The notes under the pieces: generated by a model
Database searches by the model: none
The model's input: the letters and a program-made list of their open reading frames with translations, nothing else
Told to the model about the DNA's origin: nothing
Shown: positions 1 through 12,129 of the stretch, piece by piece
Position numbering within the stretch: position 1 is the first letter of the stretch
How the letters are laid out: each line of letters starts with the position of its first letter
NCBI GenBank assembly: GCA_046563655.1
Contig: CM102285.1
Location: 3,534,001-3,598,000 of the forward strand
DNA from: Yuukianura sp. NJ FZ-2021
Taxonomy: Eukaryota
Direction: 5' to 3'
Length of the DNA stretch: 64,000 nt
Position numbers and translations under genes: made by a program

Positions 1-531
1 GACGTTGTGTCATTCTATTTTGTCAATTTAAGTAATTTTTTTTTTATAGGAAACTGAATTTTTTGTAACGAAAAAAGATGCTGGTTGAGTGCTTTTTAAG
101 GGTGCGCTAGGACTCTCAAAAGAATTTGATGAATAACTGTTTGCGTTTTGTATAATTCAACTTCTTTCTTTTTTTTGTCTTACTCGTGATTTCACGAGCA
201 AGTCATATTGCATAAAAAACGAATAAATTACATTGTGTTAGATTTCTTATGAGAAAAAGTTGTTTAAATCCAAGCCGAAAACCTTCGACAAAGCAAAAAC
301 ACAGAACGCTAAAGCAGTATGTTTACGTAGTACATTATATTGCTTTAGTTCCAGGGATTTTTGGAAGTAATTGACGCAAATTCCCGAAGGATAGACGACG
401 TAAACCTGTTCCGCTGGGAAATCCTCTCATGTAGCAAATTGTTTATAAATTCTTGCACTTGTACCTTGTAAATTTAGTAAATTTACTTCTACTGCACAGT
501 CACATTCGTAAGAAATCACCAGTGATAAAAA

Positions 532-1819
532 ATGGTTACAATTCAAGAGGATGGAGCATTTCGTTTGCATCTGCCTACTACTAAACATTCCGGGAAATTT
601 AAAATCAAGTTCAGTTTTGAACCGTTTGATCATCCCCGTTTCGGAACTTCAAAAGTCCTGTCGGGAGAGATCCCATTACTTCATTCACAAAAGTAAGTCG
701 TTTTTAACACTCGTTTCTTTTTCAAACACATTATTGAAGCATTTCTAGATACACAAAATGAGAATTCACAAATTTCAGTGAAATTGAATAAACCTTAAAT
801 CTTTCAGGTCTTTGCCGATTTCAAATTTCTTCGATCTGCCCCAAACCGATCAGGAGAAAGTTATACTTGATTCAGCAAAACGTCTGCGGTCACTTACGGA
901 AGAACTGGATGAAGATGACATCAAAAAAGTCAGCACCGGATATGTCGCTTTTACAACACTTTGTTACCCACGCCTGGATGTAAAGACCGCTAAATTCGAA
1001 GTTGGATGTGACGCTATGAGCACAGCGTTCTACATGGACGACATGTACGAGGAGCGATATTCCCAAGAATTCAGCTACTTGTACCGTACCTTGTGGGGAG
1101 GAATTATGGCCAGTGACGAAAAACAATTTACAATGGAGGTTTTCGACAGGCTATTTGCCAAATTTCTCAATGAATTTCATCCGCCTCTGTACTCGTTACT
1201 TCACTCAGTTGCGGAATATGCGAAGGTCGAAAAGGCAATCGAAGATAGCGCCTTGTTGAGACTGGCGTACTTGTTCATTAATGCGGTAGAGGGAGCAGGG
1301 ATGTGCGAATTCAAGGCAGAGGAACCTTTGACTTTGAGTGAAGACACTTTGCCGGCTGTGCGAGGTCATGACTCTGGTCTAGAACTTATGCTAGAATTCT
1401 ACGTCGAACTACAAGGGATAAAAGTACATGAATTTATTAGGAAGACAGTTCTATTCCAGTTTCTCAGTCAGAAAGCCCGTGAGTTTGGAGCCCTTTTGAA
1501 TGACATCTTGGGACTGCCGAAGGATATGGACCAAGAAGGACTTGGCAACAATGTCATTTTGCGCAGAGTAGTCCGAGAGGGAATTTCTGTTGAACAAAGC
1601 TTCCAGGATGAACTCGACCGAATTCAAAAATTAAGAGCGGATTTGGAAGTGTTGATCGAGCGCATGCGCCAAGCATTTCCGGCTGAAAAGGAAGTTGAAG
1701 CCTACGTCCTATCCTGTATGGACATGTGTGATGGACAAGTCCTGAGCTACGTCTTTACTTCGATGTTCAAAGGGCTACGCTATAGACCCATGACTATTCA
1801 ACTCCTAGCAGTAGATTAA
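532..1819 (+). CDS. Microbial-type class I terpene synthase (2 exons: 532-692, 808-1819; ~390 aa)
   Basis: Asp-rich motif FYMDDMYEE, NSE/DTE-like motif LLNDILGLPKD and C-terminal RY (GLRYRP). ATG 532 opens a stop-free frame that joins the 812..1819 ORF in phase across a GT(693)..AG(807) intron. AATAAA lies at ~1881. Confidence 0.88.
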
Positions 1820-2100
1820 GTTCAACAAATGAAAATGTATTGATCTTATTCCTATTTTCCCAATCTAAAAGAGTGTTTGGAATAAACTGTTGCAATTGCA
1901 AACGCGCTATGTAAGTAGTGATACGGGCACTAAGGCTTGTTAGGATGGCATTACATATACAAAGCGGTATGCAGTAAAAGCAGTAAGTGAAAGGTCAAGG
2001 TGACCTAACGATGTTCGTCTCAACGAGGTGAGCATGTTGTACATCTCATTGTACATAAAAGTGGTACAGTAGAGCTTTGTCATGTGTGTAGTACGTTATT

Positions 2101-2693
2101 AAGATGGCGAAGCTATCTTTATGTTCGGATTCATGTCTGTCTGTCCGTCTGTCCGTCTGTCCAGTGCAATTATCTCAGAAACTACTGGACGGATTTGATT
2201 CCGGTTTTCACCAATCAACATCCCATGACCCCTACCTGGTCACTATTGAATATTACCCCGGTGGCTCAACTCCTTCCGGGTCAAAGGTCAAGGTCAACCA
2301 GTTTCTTCCCCGGTACCATGGAAAATGACCTCTACAAAAGTTGTTCATCTCACCGAGACCAACAACTTTTGTGTACATCACATGACCCCAAGTGACCTGC
2401 TTCCGGGTCAAAGGTCAACTTTTTCATTTTAACGTCCTGCTAGTGGGAAAGTGGGAGGAACCCACCCTCAGACACCACCGGGAGAACCCAACCCCAAACC
2501 CACGGGGGAACCCACACCCACACCCCCCGGGGGAACCTGCCCCCACACCCTCGGTGGGAATTCGGTTGTTCTCCAGGTCCTCCGTTTAAATACTGGTTTC
2601 TGTTTCCCGGGACATTCTAACTCCATTGTTAGCTTTTAAAAAAACGTTATCGCTGAGCCATCTTCATTCTATGCGGTTTACAACCGGTTTATT
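2101..2693 (+). mobile_element. Non-autonomous Helentron/DINE-1-like (HINE) element
   Basis: 5' hairpin AAGATGGC-GAA-GCTATCTT (2101-2119), GTCY microsatellite, core shared with 40807-43039, 3' sub-terminal inverted repeat GCTGAGCCATCTT (2652-2664), then stem-loop CGGTT-TAC-AACCG (2674-2686) and a T-rich end. Confidence 0.8.
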
Positions 2694-3253
2694 TATTACA
2701 CACAGACAATAGTGAATATGACAAGGCATATAAACGTAACACTTGCACACAGGTCAATGTAATGCACCCAGTTATGTACAATCGACTTCAACGCTACAGC
2801 ACGCCAAGGAAATGCTAGCAATAACGTTAATTTTTGTGATATTTTTGGCAAAAAAAATCCGAGTAAATTGAGTATAATAATTAATTTGGACTGAAGTATT
2901 AATTTTAGTTTTGTTAATTGCGAATTAATGGCAAATGAGAATGAGAATAATATGGTTTTTATATCGTGAAAGAAGTATGGAGTGCGCATGCGTAATTCTT
3001 ATTCCATTTGTCTACCTACTATGTCATTTTATTCAAACTTACCCATAGACGTGAATTTGAAGTTCTGTTTTACTGAAAAAAAAAGTGATCCGAGCTTCAT
3101 TAATTTTTTTTACCTTCCGGATTATGTTTTAGCACAGCAACAAAATAAGCGTTGATAAAACATAAAATTCATTATAAGATTCTCCTTAATCTGCAGCTAC
3201 AAATTAAAGCTTATTTGAACAAAAATCTTTTTCAATTGGTGTATGTTTCCTAC

Positions 3254-4449
3254 TTATTCATTACTAGGCTCCGAAGTTTCAATGGCATATGCGATTCCCA
3301 GTTTTATATACTCATGCAACTGCGTAAAATTGACAGTGTCCAGTGTATCTTGTCGTGTGTGCCAGTAAGGACTGTTGTTTGGTTCCTTAGCATAGGCCAC
3401 ACGGTAATTTTCATAATAGAAGGAAGCATGATCTGAACAGCCATAACCACAAGTTCGGTCCTTCCATCCCCACTGCGTGTAGGTTTCAACGAGTGTGCGC
3501 AGGAATTGAGTCAGATCGACATCGATGTAATCCGTATTCAGCCCGATTCGTTCTTCCGTATAATATCCGTCTACATCAAAGTTCAGCATTGAAAAAACGT
3601 CCACTCCTGCTTCGGCGTAGCTTGACGCAATTTCTCCAGAACCACGAAGACCAACTTCCTCTGCAGCATACCACTGGAACTCAATTGTTCTTTTCGGAAT
3701 GAAATTTGCATGGAGAATGGATCGGAGTACTTCCAGAACAATTGTGGATCCACTTCCATCGTCATCTGCTCCAGGAGCTTCGCCATTGGCTCCGGATGTT
3801 GCTGAATCTAAATGGCTCCCGAGAATAACACGCTGCTGTGTTAAAGCCGGATCCGCCCCTTCAATGCGCACAATCACACTCGGTTGAATGTACGACGCAT
3901 GCTCAAATGTGTTGACGGTGACTGTTCCAGAATATCCACTTTCCACCACTGATGCCTCGGCTTGTGATTTGATAAACAGGGCTGCGTCGAGACCTGATTG
4001 GCTAGTGTAGTAACGGTTGAAAAATGACGTCAAACTGGTCAAAAATGTTTCGGCATGTGTCAAATCAATCTGAGCGATGACATCCTGTACTTGTGCTGTA
4101 AATCTCGGTGTCTGCGGGATTTCTATTTGATTTCAAAAACAAGAAATTAAAAAAAAAACATAAGTAAGAAAAAATAATTTGAATCTTAATTACCGCCAGA
4201 ATTTGGAGCTTTTTTATGGGAGTGTGACGATTCTTTTTGATCTGTAATGTCGATAAATCCAATTCCAAGACTGTTTAGCTTCAAAATTTGAGATTCGGTA
4301 AGCCATTGCCCAAGATCTTGTTCACTTGTTTTAATTAACCTTTTTTCAGTAGTTTGAACTGCTTCATGCACCCTGTCATCTTCTAGCGGTTTTGAAGTTG
4401 CCAGTACTAACAAGACAGCAAACACTCCAAAACGGATAAATCCGTTCAT
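3254..4449 (-). CDS. Secreted M28-family leucyl aminopeptidase, fungal LAP1 / Vibrio aminopeptidase type (2 exons: 4449-4194, 4122-3254; ~374 aa)
   Basis: Signal peptide MNGFIRFGVFAVLLVLATS, propeptide with FIDITD, and Zn-ligand motifs VILGSHLDS, APGADDDGSG, YAAEEVGLRGS, MLNFD, CGYGCSDHASF and PYWHTRQDT. A 71-nt GT-AG intron (4193-4123) joins the two ORFs in phase. Confidence 0.92.
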
Positions 4450-5256
4450 ATTGTTTTTTCTTAGAAATGTCTCGGAATTTGAATCAAATACTAGTTGAAA
4501 ATTTACTAACGGCTCTATATAAAAACTCCTACTCTTTAAATGCTAATTTGATTTTATCAATAACTTTTGTTTTGCTATCATTAACAGATTATCACCAGTA
4601 GTCTACCTTGTGACTTCATCCAAATGACAACACTTGTTTAATTACGATCATGGAATTTCCATCAAATCCTAAGAGTTTATATCAATGGAATTTCTGAAAA
4701 CGACTTTTGAAGGGCTTTAACGGTTGAGCGTCATGTGCCAAGCTGAATGTAACTTGCTCCTTCTTGCCGCGAGAGCACCTCATTGTTTCGAATAACTTGA
4801 TTCTAATGTAAAAGTTTCCAAATACTTAAAACTTCTAAAACGCCTAACCTTTTAATTTTAGAAACAAATGTTTTTAGAAAACATTTTATTTTAGAGCATA
4901 GTATGGCGTGGTTCATTTTTACTGAGGTAATATGGTGGTGAAAAGTCTTGAATAAATTTCTTACACTGACTAAAAACGAAATTATTTTTGTTGAAAAACT
5001 ATAAAATATTCAAAAATGTGGAGCTGCCTAAAATACGCCTTTTCTTGTAAGTGAATTGTTCCTTATTGAATCTCATTGAATCCCATGAGTTAATGTAGAG
5101 AAAAGTTGAGTGATTCTAAATAAATTAACAAGTCGTAATATGTTTTATACAACAGGCAGACACGAAGGTGTTTGAATTATATTTTGACATATTTTTGACA
5201 TGAAGACCTGAAGACTTTCCATAGGTTATCAATCACTTAAACTGTGCAGCTTAAAC

Positions 5257-8200
5257 ATGGCGTCGTTGAGAGTAAAGTTAATGTTATATGTCGTTTTGTA
5301 TATTAGAACGGCTATTTGTATTCAGAATATAGATTTTACCACGGCTGAAAATATGGAGTACATAAACTTGGATTTGTATTTGAAAGGTAGTTGGGCCGGT
5401 TGCTACAATCATTTGATATTGTACTCAAAATATACGAATATTTACAGTTCTCAAGTCATTACTTTGGCTCCACCAAAAACCCCGCGGCAGTTCAAATACA
5501 CCAATTCATGCGTATTTGCCTCCGACAACATGAAAATTATTCAAGGCGTTGTCCGCGTGTCGTATGCCGTGAAACATGGATTTTGCCCAGATAATCAGAA
5601 GTATTACATGGTACGAAATGTAGAGTGCATTGGAGTAATAGCGTTGTTTCCAGATAAGTTAAAAGAGGAAGAAGATATTTTTTGGTATTTGGATCAATTC
5701 TGGTTTCATCCACGCTTGCGCATACTCAATTCAGTAAATGGGGAACCCTATATTGAGAAAAGCGCAATGCAGTATTCGTACCATCTGACTAACCTCCGCT
5801 TGCAAGTAGTCACGGATGCATGTACCTTCAAAGATTCTCACAATATTGTTAAAACTACGTTGGAAATTCGCAATATGTGGAGCACCTACAGTCGCCACGT
5901 TACACGACTTTTAGTTCGAGTTGTACATGATCAGTGTGCGGGAAATATAAAATCAGACGGAAAAATAGATATAATGATTGGATCTCCATTATTACAACTT
6001 TTTGAGCTCTCTGTTATAAAAAATGCGGCTCTCCCTCTTCTTATTGATTTCAAACCTATACTTGGAAAACTTTATAAGACAATGCCAATGATAACCATGT
6101 ACACCTCAATAGACTTAGAGAAACCCGAAGACACATTGATTTTGCCTCCGTTTCGCGATTTCATGTACAGTGCATTCAATAGAAGTAGAAACGGAATATA
6201 TCCAGGTAAGAAATCCTAAAATATGTATATGATGCGCCGATTAAATAATCCTAATCCAAACTTACGTTAATTTTTAGGCTATGTTAACGCTTACTACAAC
6301 GGATATCAGGCTACAACCTATCACTTGCACTATCAATGGGTTCTTCCCATTACGTCACTCAATGCTTTTGGAGTGACGTGTCATGGCAAGGGCCAAGATT
6401 TGGGTTTAGTAGACTACGCTCGTCCATTCGGACCGAGGATGTGGCTTGGACTGGGTGTTCTAATGCTATTTATTTGCTCATTTTTTGCCATTTCTCCTGC
6501 ATATCGCGTTGAATGTTTACGTACCTCTGCTTATATTTATGCCAACATTTTAGATGTGGCATTTGAATTACCCAAGATTCCCGGAATTCCTGGGATTGGG
6601 CTTCGAGCATTTAGTGTCACTTTCCTTTTTATGACTCTTGTACTTACCAATGGCTACAAAGGGATTGTCACCACTTCACTTGTTATGCCATTTCCAGCAG
6701 AAGAGTTGAATTCCCTGGAAGAGGCTATTGACCAAAATTACACCAGAATAGTTGACTGGAACAAAACTTGGATGTACCAACAATGTTGTGCAAACCCAAA
6801 TGGAACTAAAACGTTTTACTTCTTTGAAGAATTTTGGAAAGTAGAGGACGGCCAAACCTGTCAGGATACAATACTAGGTCGGGTTATATCAAGCTTGAAG
6901 TCAGTTTTATCAAATACGAGGTTTTATTGCAAAGAAAAAATGAAAAGGAAAAGCTTTTAAAATGTTTCTTATTCAATTACAGTCATAACCAACGTAAAGT
7001 TGTATTTAAGTTGTATAATTTTGATTGTATTTTCCGTGTAGACATTCAAATTTAAAAAATTTACAAGAAGAATTCTTTTTTAATGTTTTCAATTTCTAAT
7101 AGTTGTTAAGTAACAGACAGACAGACAACGTCAAATCATCAAGTAGCTTTGGCGGTTTGATCATCTCTGTCTGCCTGTGTCGCCACCCGTCCGTCCGCCA
7201 GCGGCGATTATTACGGAAACGTCTCAATGCTGACGGGATCTACTTTCACCGTTGAACACAGGATGTTCAATGTTGAATATCATCTTTGTGAGTCAACCCC
7301 TTTCGTTACACAAAATGACCTCTACAAGAGTTGCTCATCTCATCGAGACGAACAACTTTTGTGTATATCAGTTGACCCTAACCCTACGTGACCTCCTTCC
7401 GATCAACTTTTGCCTTTTACCATTTATTTTTATAGTCTACTATGACTCGTCATAAAGGACGTTATGAGTAAGGATGTTCACGTTCCATGTCTTGTAACGA
7501 AACTTTTGCCCGATTCCGCTTCTTTTCCGTTTCCTAATATTTTGGAAACGGAAAATTTAAACCCCTGACTTTTGGTAAATTTAAGCATTTTTCTTCAGTA
7601 ATCGGTGGGAAAATGAAGGAAAATTGTCAATACCACTTGTTTATTGTATATTTAGGTGGTTGTATATGGCTAAACTACAAATAGAAAGTGAATTCCAATA
7701 ATTCACATTGTTTTTTCCATCATTTTTTCCTAATCTTTATGGTGTCTAATCTACATCCCGTTTCCCGTTCCGTTTGCGTTTCCGAAGTTTTTGGAGACGC
7801 AAAATCCGTTTTGTTTCCGTTTCCAAGCGGAAACGAAACGAAACGGAACATGAACATCACTAGTTATGGGCAGCCGTTTGCGGCTGGACCACAATCTTTC
7901 GCTACTTTAGTACCCTCCGGGTTGCAACCGGTTTTTATTTTTCAGGTTCTTTTCTTGAAGGCTTTAGTTTCGTTAAAGTGCAACCTGTGAATTCGAAACA
8001 AGCGCTGATTGGTTGTGTACAACATGAGCTTTCCCGTATTATATTAAAAGCTTCAAGTCACCTGCAAAACTTCACAGCAATCACCACGGCTTTGGTTTTT
8101 CTTTGTTCAAGTTCCTTCCGCAACGAACATTATGTTAATAATCTTGCAAAAATATCATACTGCCACTGTTTATGAAATGTTCCAATTGCTTCAACTTGAT

Positions 8201-8895
8201 ATAACCTGACCACGCTTTCAGCCATGGAACAACATCTAACAATGACGGACTTTCCATTTTTTACCGAAGAAGTGCAACGTGTAGTTGGCCCCGCAGTAGA
8301 AGCTATCGCCCAACGGCTCAGCATTATCAACACTTATGGCAAAAGAGGCCGAGCAGCTTACAACGTAATTAACGGCTCACGGTTAATTCCGTGTGGTTCT
8401 AACCAGCAGGAGCGATTACTTCAGTGTAAAAAAGAATATTTCTTGATACGCCGGTACGGTGACGCCGACCTAACAAAACGAAAGTTTGACTTCTTCGTAA
8501 AAAACCAAATGGCTGCGAATGCTACTCCAGGAATACACTTATACTATTTTATAGACAAAACAAAAGTTGCAGGAGATCAAATACTGGGGTTTGGGATCAA
8601 TACAGATTTTGGACATGACTACACTACAAGCTTAACACGGCTTAGTGAATCTGGGATAATGACAAGTAGGCTCAACCAGTATGATGAATTGTTTAATGGA
8701 TTTCAGCAAAAAATGGTCGTAAAAACTGTGGGAACTAAGCCATACCAACCCTCAACTCTCAACTTTAAAGCAAAAATCAGAGTAATTTTTTATGTTTTAC
8801 CAATAGGATTTACGGTAGCAATAATTTCTGGCATATCTGAACTTATTTTACGCAAATTCTTTTCTCCAAAACCGCTCTTGTCAATGACGGGCTAA
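5257..8895 (+). CDS. Divergent ionotropic receptor (iGluR-related chemosensory IR), about 4 exons
   Basis: N-terminal signal peptide; pre-M1/M1 ARPFGPRMWLGLGVLMLF; M3-like LVLTNGYKGIVTTSL followed by ELNSLEEA; S2-end LTRLSESGI; M4 IFYVLPIGFTVAIISGISE. In-phase introns 6206-6277 and 6878-7945. The last acceptor is at 8221 but its donor is uncertain. Confidence 0.75.
7138..7938 (+). mobile_element. Degenerate HINE/DINE-1-like element in IR intron 2, with a nested inverted-repeat element (7473-7858)
   Basis: GTCY-like tract, core AAAATGACCTCTACAA...CTCATCTCATCGAGACGAACAACTTTTGTGT (7312-7364) shared with the other copies, sub-TIR pair AAGTAGC (7141) / GCTACTT (7901) and 3' palindrome GGTTGCAACC (7920-7929). 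The nested element is bounded by GATGTTCACGTTCC / GGAACATGAACATC. Confidence 0.6.
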
Positions 8896-9854
8896 CTTGA
8901 AAAAAAAAACATTTAATAAGTAACCAGCTTTAAAGGAAACCCTATCGTCAGCAAACAATTGTCGACATTTTGTTCTGTTTTAGTGTCCAGAATTGCAGAA
9001 TTATAGACAGAATTGCAGAATGACATATCATTAGTTGGCGAGGGTCTATTCTTATTTACTCTGTAACCTTGATATTATACAATATTTAGCATCTATCTTA
9101 CTCATCCAACGTCGAGCTAAACCCTAGCGCTTTTAGTAGACTTTTACAAGTTTTAATTATTTTGGTCTGACGAATGCCATCAAACGAGTTAATAATGTTG
9201 TAAAACGCTTATAAAACCAGCGAAAAGACGACTTTCTAAAACTGAATAAGTAAAGATATCTAGAACTTAACAGCACTACAGTGTATTGCGGATCTCCGTG
9301 CAGCATGTTTTCATTATTGATTCACGAACGCCAAAAATTTAGCCTATTTGTCCCAACTTCTACTAAATACTTTAAAAACCGGAGAATCGGAACGCTGAAA
9401 TTTTGGAATTGTTGGAATTGAGATTACGAGATAAGAAAACATACTCATCATTATGAATTTTTTTTCTTTCCAGAAGGCAGGTTTCCTTCTCAAGGGCAAA
9501 GCGCTGTCTCTAGAATACCTCTGCCCTGCCTTCCAAAACTAATCAAAACTTCATGCTTGTTAGGGCGCTATCGTTATAAATTTGTAATAGTATGGTTTCG
9601 ACTCCACCTCTAAATAGTATCCAGGCTGATAAGTCAAAATTAAAATACAGTCTATTCGTTCTCGCCGTAAATTTTTCCACAGTAAAACCATGCAGCTTAG
9701 ATTATACCCTCCTGGAAATCAAAAAGTAGCCATTTGAGAGCTGTAAGCGGCAAGAGCACCACTTCAAAGGACTAGTGAAAATTTGCGTTTGGGTGCGCCA
9801 TAACATTCAGGAACTTGGAAAACTTCAATTTGTTCAAAAAACAATTTGTTCAAT

Positions 9855-11334
9855 ATGATAAAACTGGAAGATCTTCGTCTAAATTACTGGACATACTGGT
9901 TCATAGCTTATATGAAAATATTTCCAATCAACTTTAATTCAGCCACTGGTACAATTAGAGTCAATTCTGCCAATTACCAATGCAGTAGCTCCTGGCTTTG
10001 GTATGTATGGATACTAAATGGAATGCTGTATGCTCTCTACGTTGACGTACAGTTAGTGCAAAGTATTATTTTTGGTCAGTATGTAAAAATGGAACACTTG
10101 TGTTATCACATTGCATGTGCCTCTTGGTTTTCAATTGGAAGTATTTGGAGTTACATTTTGTTCGTGTGGAAAGCAGATCTGAACGAACTTATTTTTAATT
10201 ACCTTAACATGGAGTTTGGAAGTAAGTTGAAAATACATTTGAAGTAACTTAAGAATTTTTTATAGTTGAGAAACTTTTTTAGAGAATCAATCTTCGAACC
10301 CTACACGCAGTTACTCACTCCAGGAGTGGGTAATTGTTGGTTTGCCAATCGCTCTCTTCATTTGCGCCGCTTCTTTCTTTCCAATGGTATACCTCTACGA
10401 TCCAACTTCTCGCCAATTTTTATTTTCAACGCTATCAACCGGCAAGAACAGAATCGTATTGACTGGCTTGGTAATTTATGAGTCTGTCAACTTCTACTAC
10501 TATATGTGCCTCGCCTACCATGTTATGTTTGTCCAGCTCTGCTTCTTTTCTGGCTGTACACAGGATCTCACTTTTGCTACTCAGAGGGCAGAAATGATGT
10601 AAGAAATAAAGGAAGTGTAAATTTTGCGCGTAACGCAGCTATAGGGGTATAAATCCGGATTTTTATGGATTTTTAGTCCCATTTTACGAAAATTTTGCAA
10701 AACGAACGAATACAGCACAATTTGTGTCAACTAATTGTTGTCTTTCCTGTAATTCCGCAACTCTTTGTTTACGCGGCGGTTTAAGTCTTTGACTTAGGTG
10801 TGTATGGTGGTAGTGATGCGTGCAAAAGCTTAATAACCAACAATATCTTCTGATAGGTCGAAAGATGATGCTGATGCAAATGAAACTCTGGAAAGTTGTT
10901 GTACATTGGCGGAACGCATTGGCTTCAATATTAAGTTGTTTAATACCTGCTATTCCACGATAACATTTTTATTCAAACTGTTCCTAATTACTTGCTGCAC
11001 CACCTTTGCATTCTTTGGAATCAAATTTTTGGTGCCGAATACATTTGTTGCAACAATTTTCCTTTCTCAAGCTTTTCTTCAAGCAATTTTATTTATTATT
11101 TTATATGACAAAAGTTTCTCCATTCCAACAATGATAGAAACACTTAAGTCAAGTATACTTGTAGCAGAGATGAACATACCTGCTTCCAATGGTATATTTG
11201 GGAGCCGTACACGCGCTGTTCATCCTTCAGGAATTAAAGTAGGAGGTTTCAATACAATGGAAAGAACTTCTACACCAAATTTTCTGGACTTCATCGTCAA
11301 TCAAGTGACAAGCTTGTTGATAACATTCAGTTAA
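9855..11334 (+). CDS. Gustatory-receptor-like multi-pass membrane protein (3 exons: 9855-10221, 10283-10598, 10857-11334; ~386 aa)
   Basis: Three hydrophobic ORFs join in phase via GT-AG introns. There are about 7 hydrophobic segments. The C-terminus IKVGGFNTMERTSTPNFLDFIVNQVTSLLITF resembles the terminal TM region of arthropod 7TM chemoreceptors. Confidence 0.65.
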
Positions 11335-12129
11335 TTCACAGCACAACTCGAAATCATAAACAGAATTGAAGAAGTTAAACTGTTCAAAAATGATTCTATC
11401 AAACCAAACAAAATCTATATTCTTTGGTCTTTTAAAAAGTATGGTTGCACTTAAACCTTTAGGTTAGAAGTATACTTAGAAGAATACTTAGAAGTATGGA
11501 CTGGACATAGACATGAAAGGATTGTAGAACACGTCCTTATTTGCCTAAACATTTGCAACAACGTTCCGTACGTTGAGTCATTAGCCACCCATCTGCCTCG
11601 TCCCATTTCGTTGAATATCATTTACTTTAGCTGGTAAGCACGTGTGTTTCATCCCAGTTACGGAGAACACGAGAACAATCTCTCGTGTACTTCCTCGAGC
11701 TGCAGGTAATCTCCGAAGTCAACTGTTTAAATTATATTCTAGAATCTTCTATACAATTTTGACTTAACAAATTTACGAACTCGACTTAATCTTAACTTTA
11801 ACTTAAAATCGTCAACACATCATTACTTCACTCAACACATTATTGTTTCACTTAACTACTTTTAACTACAAGTCTTATAACTACCTATAATGTTATTCTA
11901 CTATTGTATTGTATTCCTATGCACGACGTAACCACTTGCATGCAGAGTATCCGTGGCAAATAAATAAATAAATGGTATGGTCTGCATATTTATAAGAATG
12001 GGGAAATATTTTTTATCAATTAAACTTAAAAAGGGCCTTTCTAAATACATTTTTTTAAATTTATTGAAAGTAAATAAACTGATCATCAGGAAATATTAAC
12101 TTTACCATAGTTTACCCTATACACGAGGT

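Noticed and set aside
2084-2639. Short ORFs with CLSVCPSV and PTPTPP sequences
   Set aside because: Translations of the GTCY microsatellite and C-rich block of the non-coding HINE.
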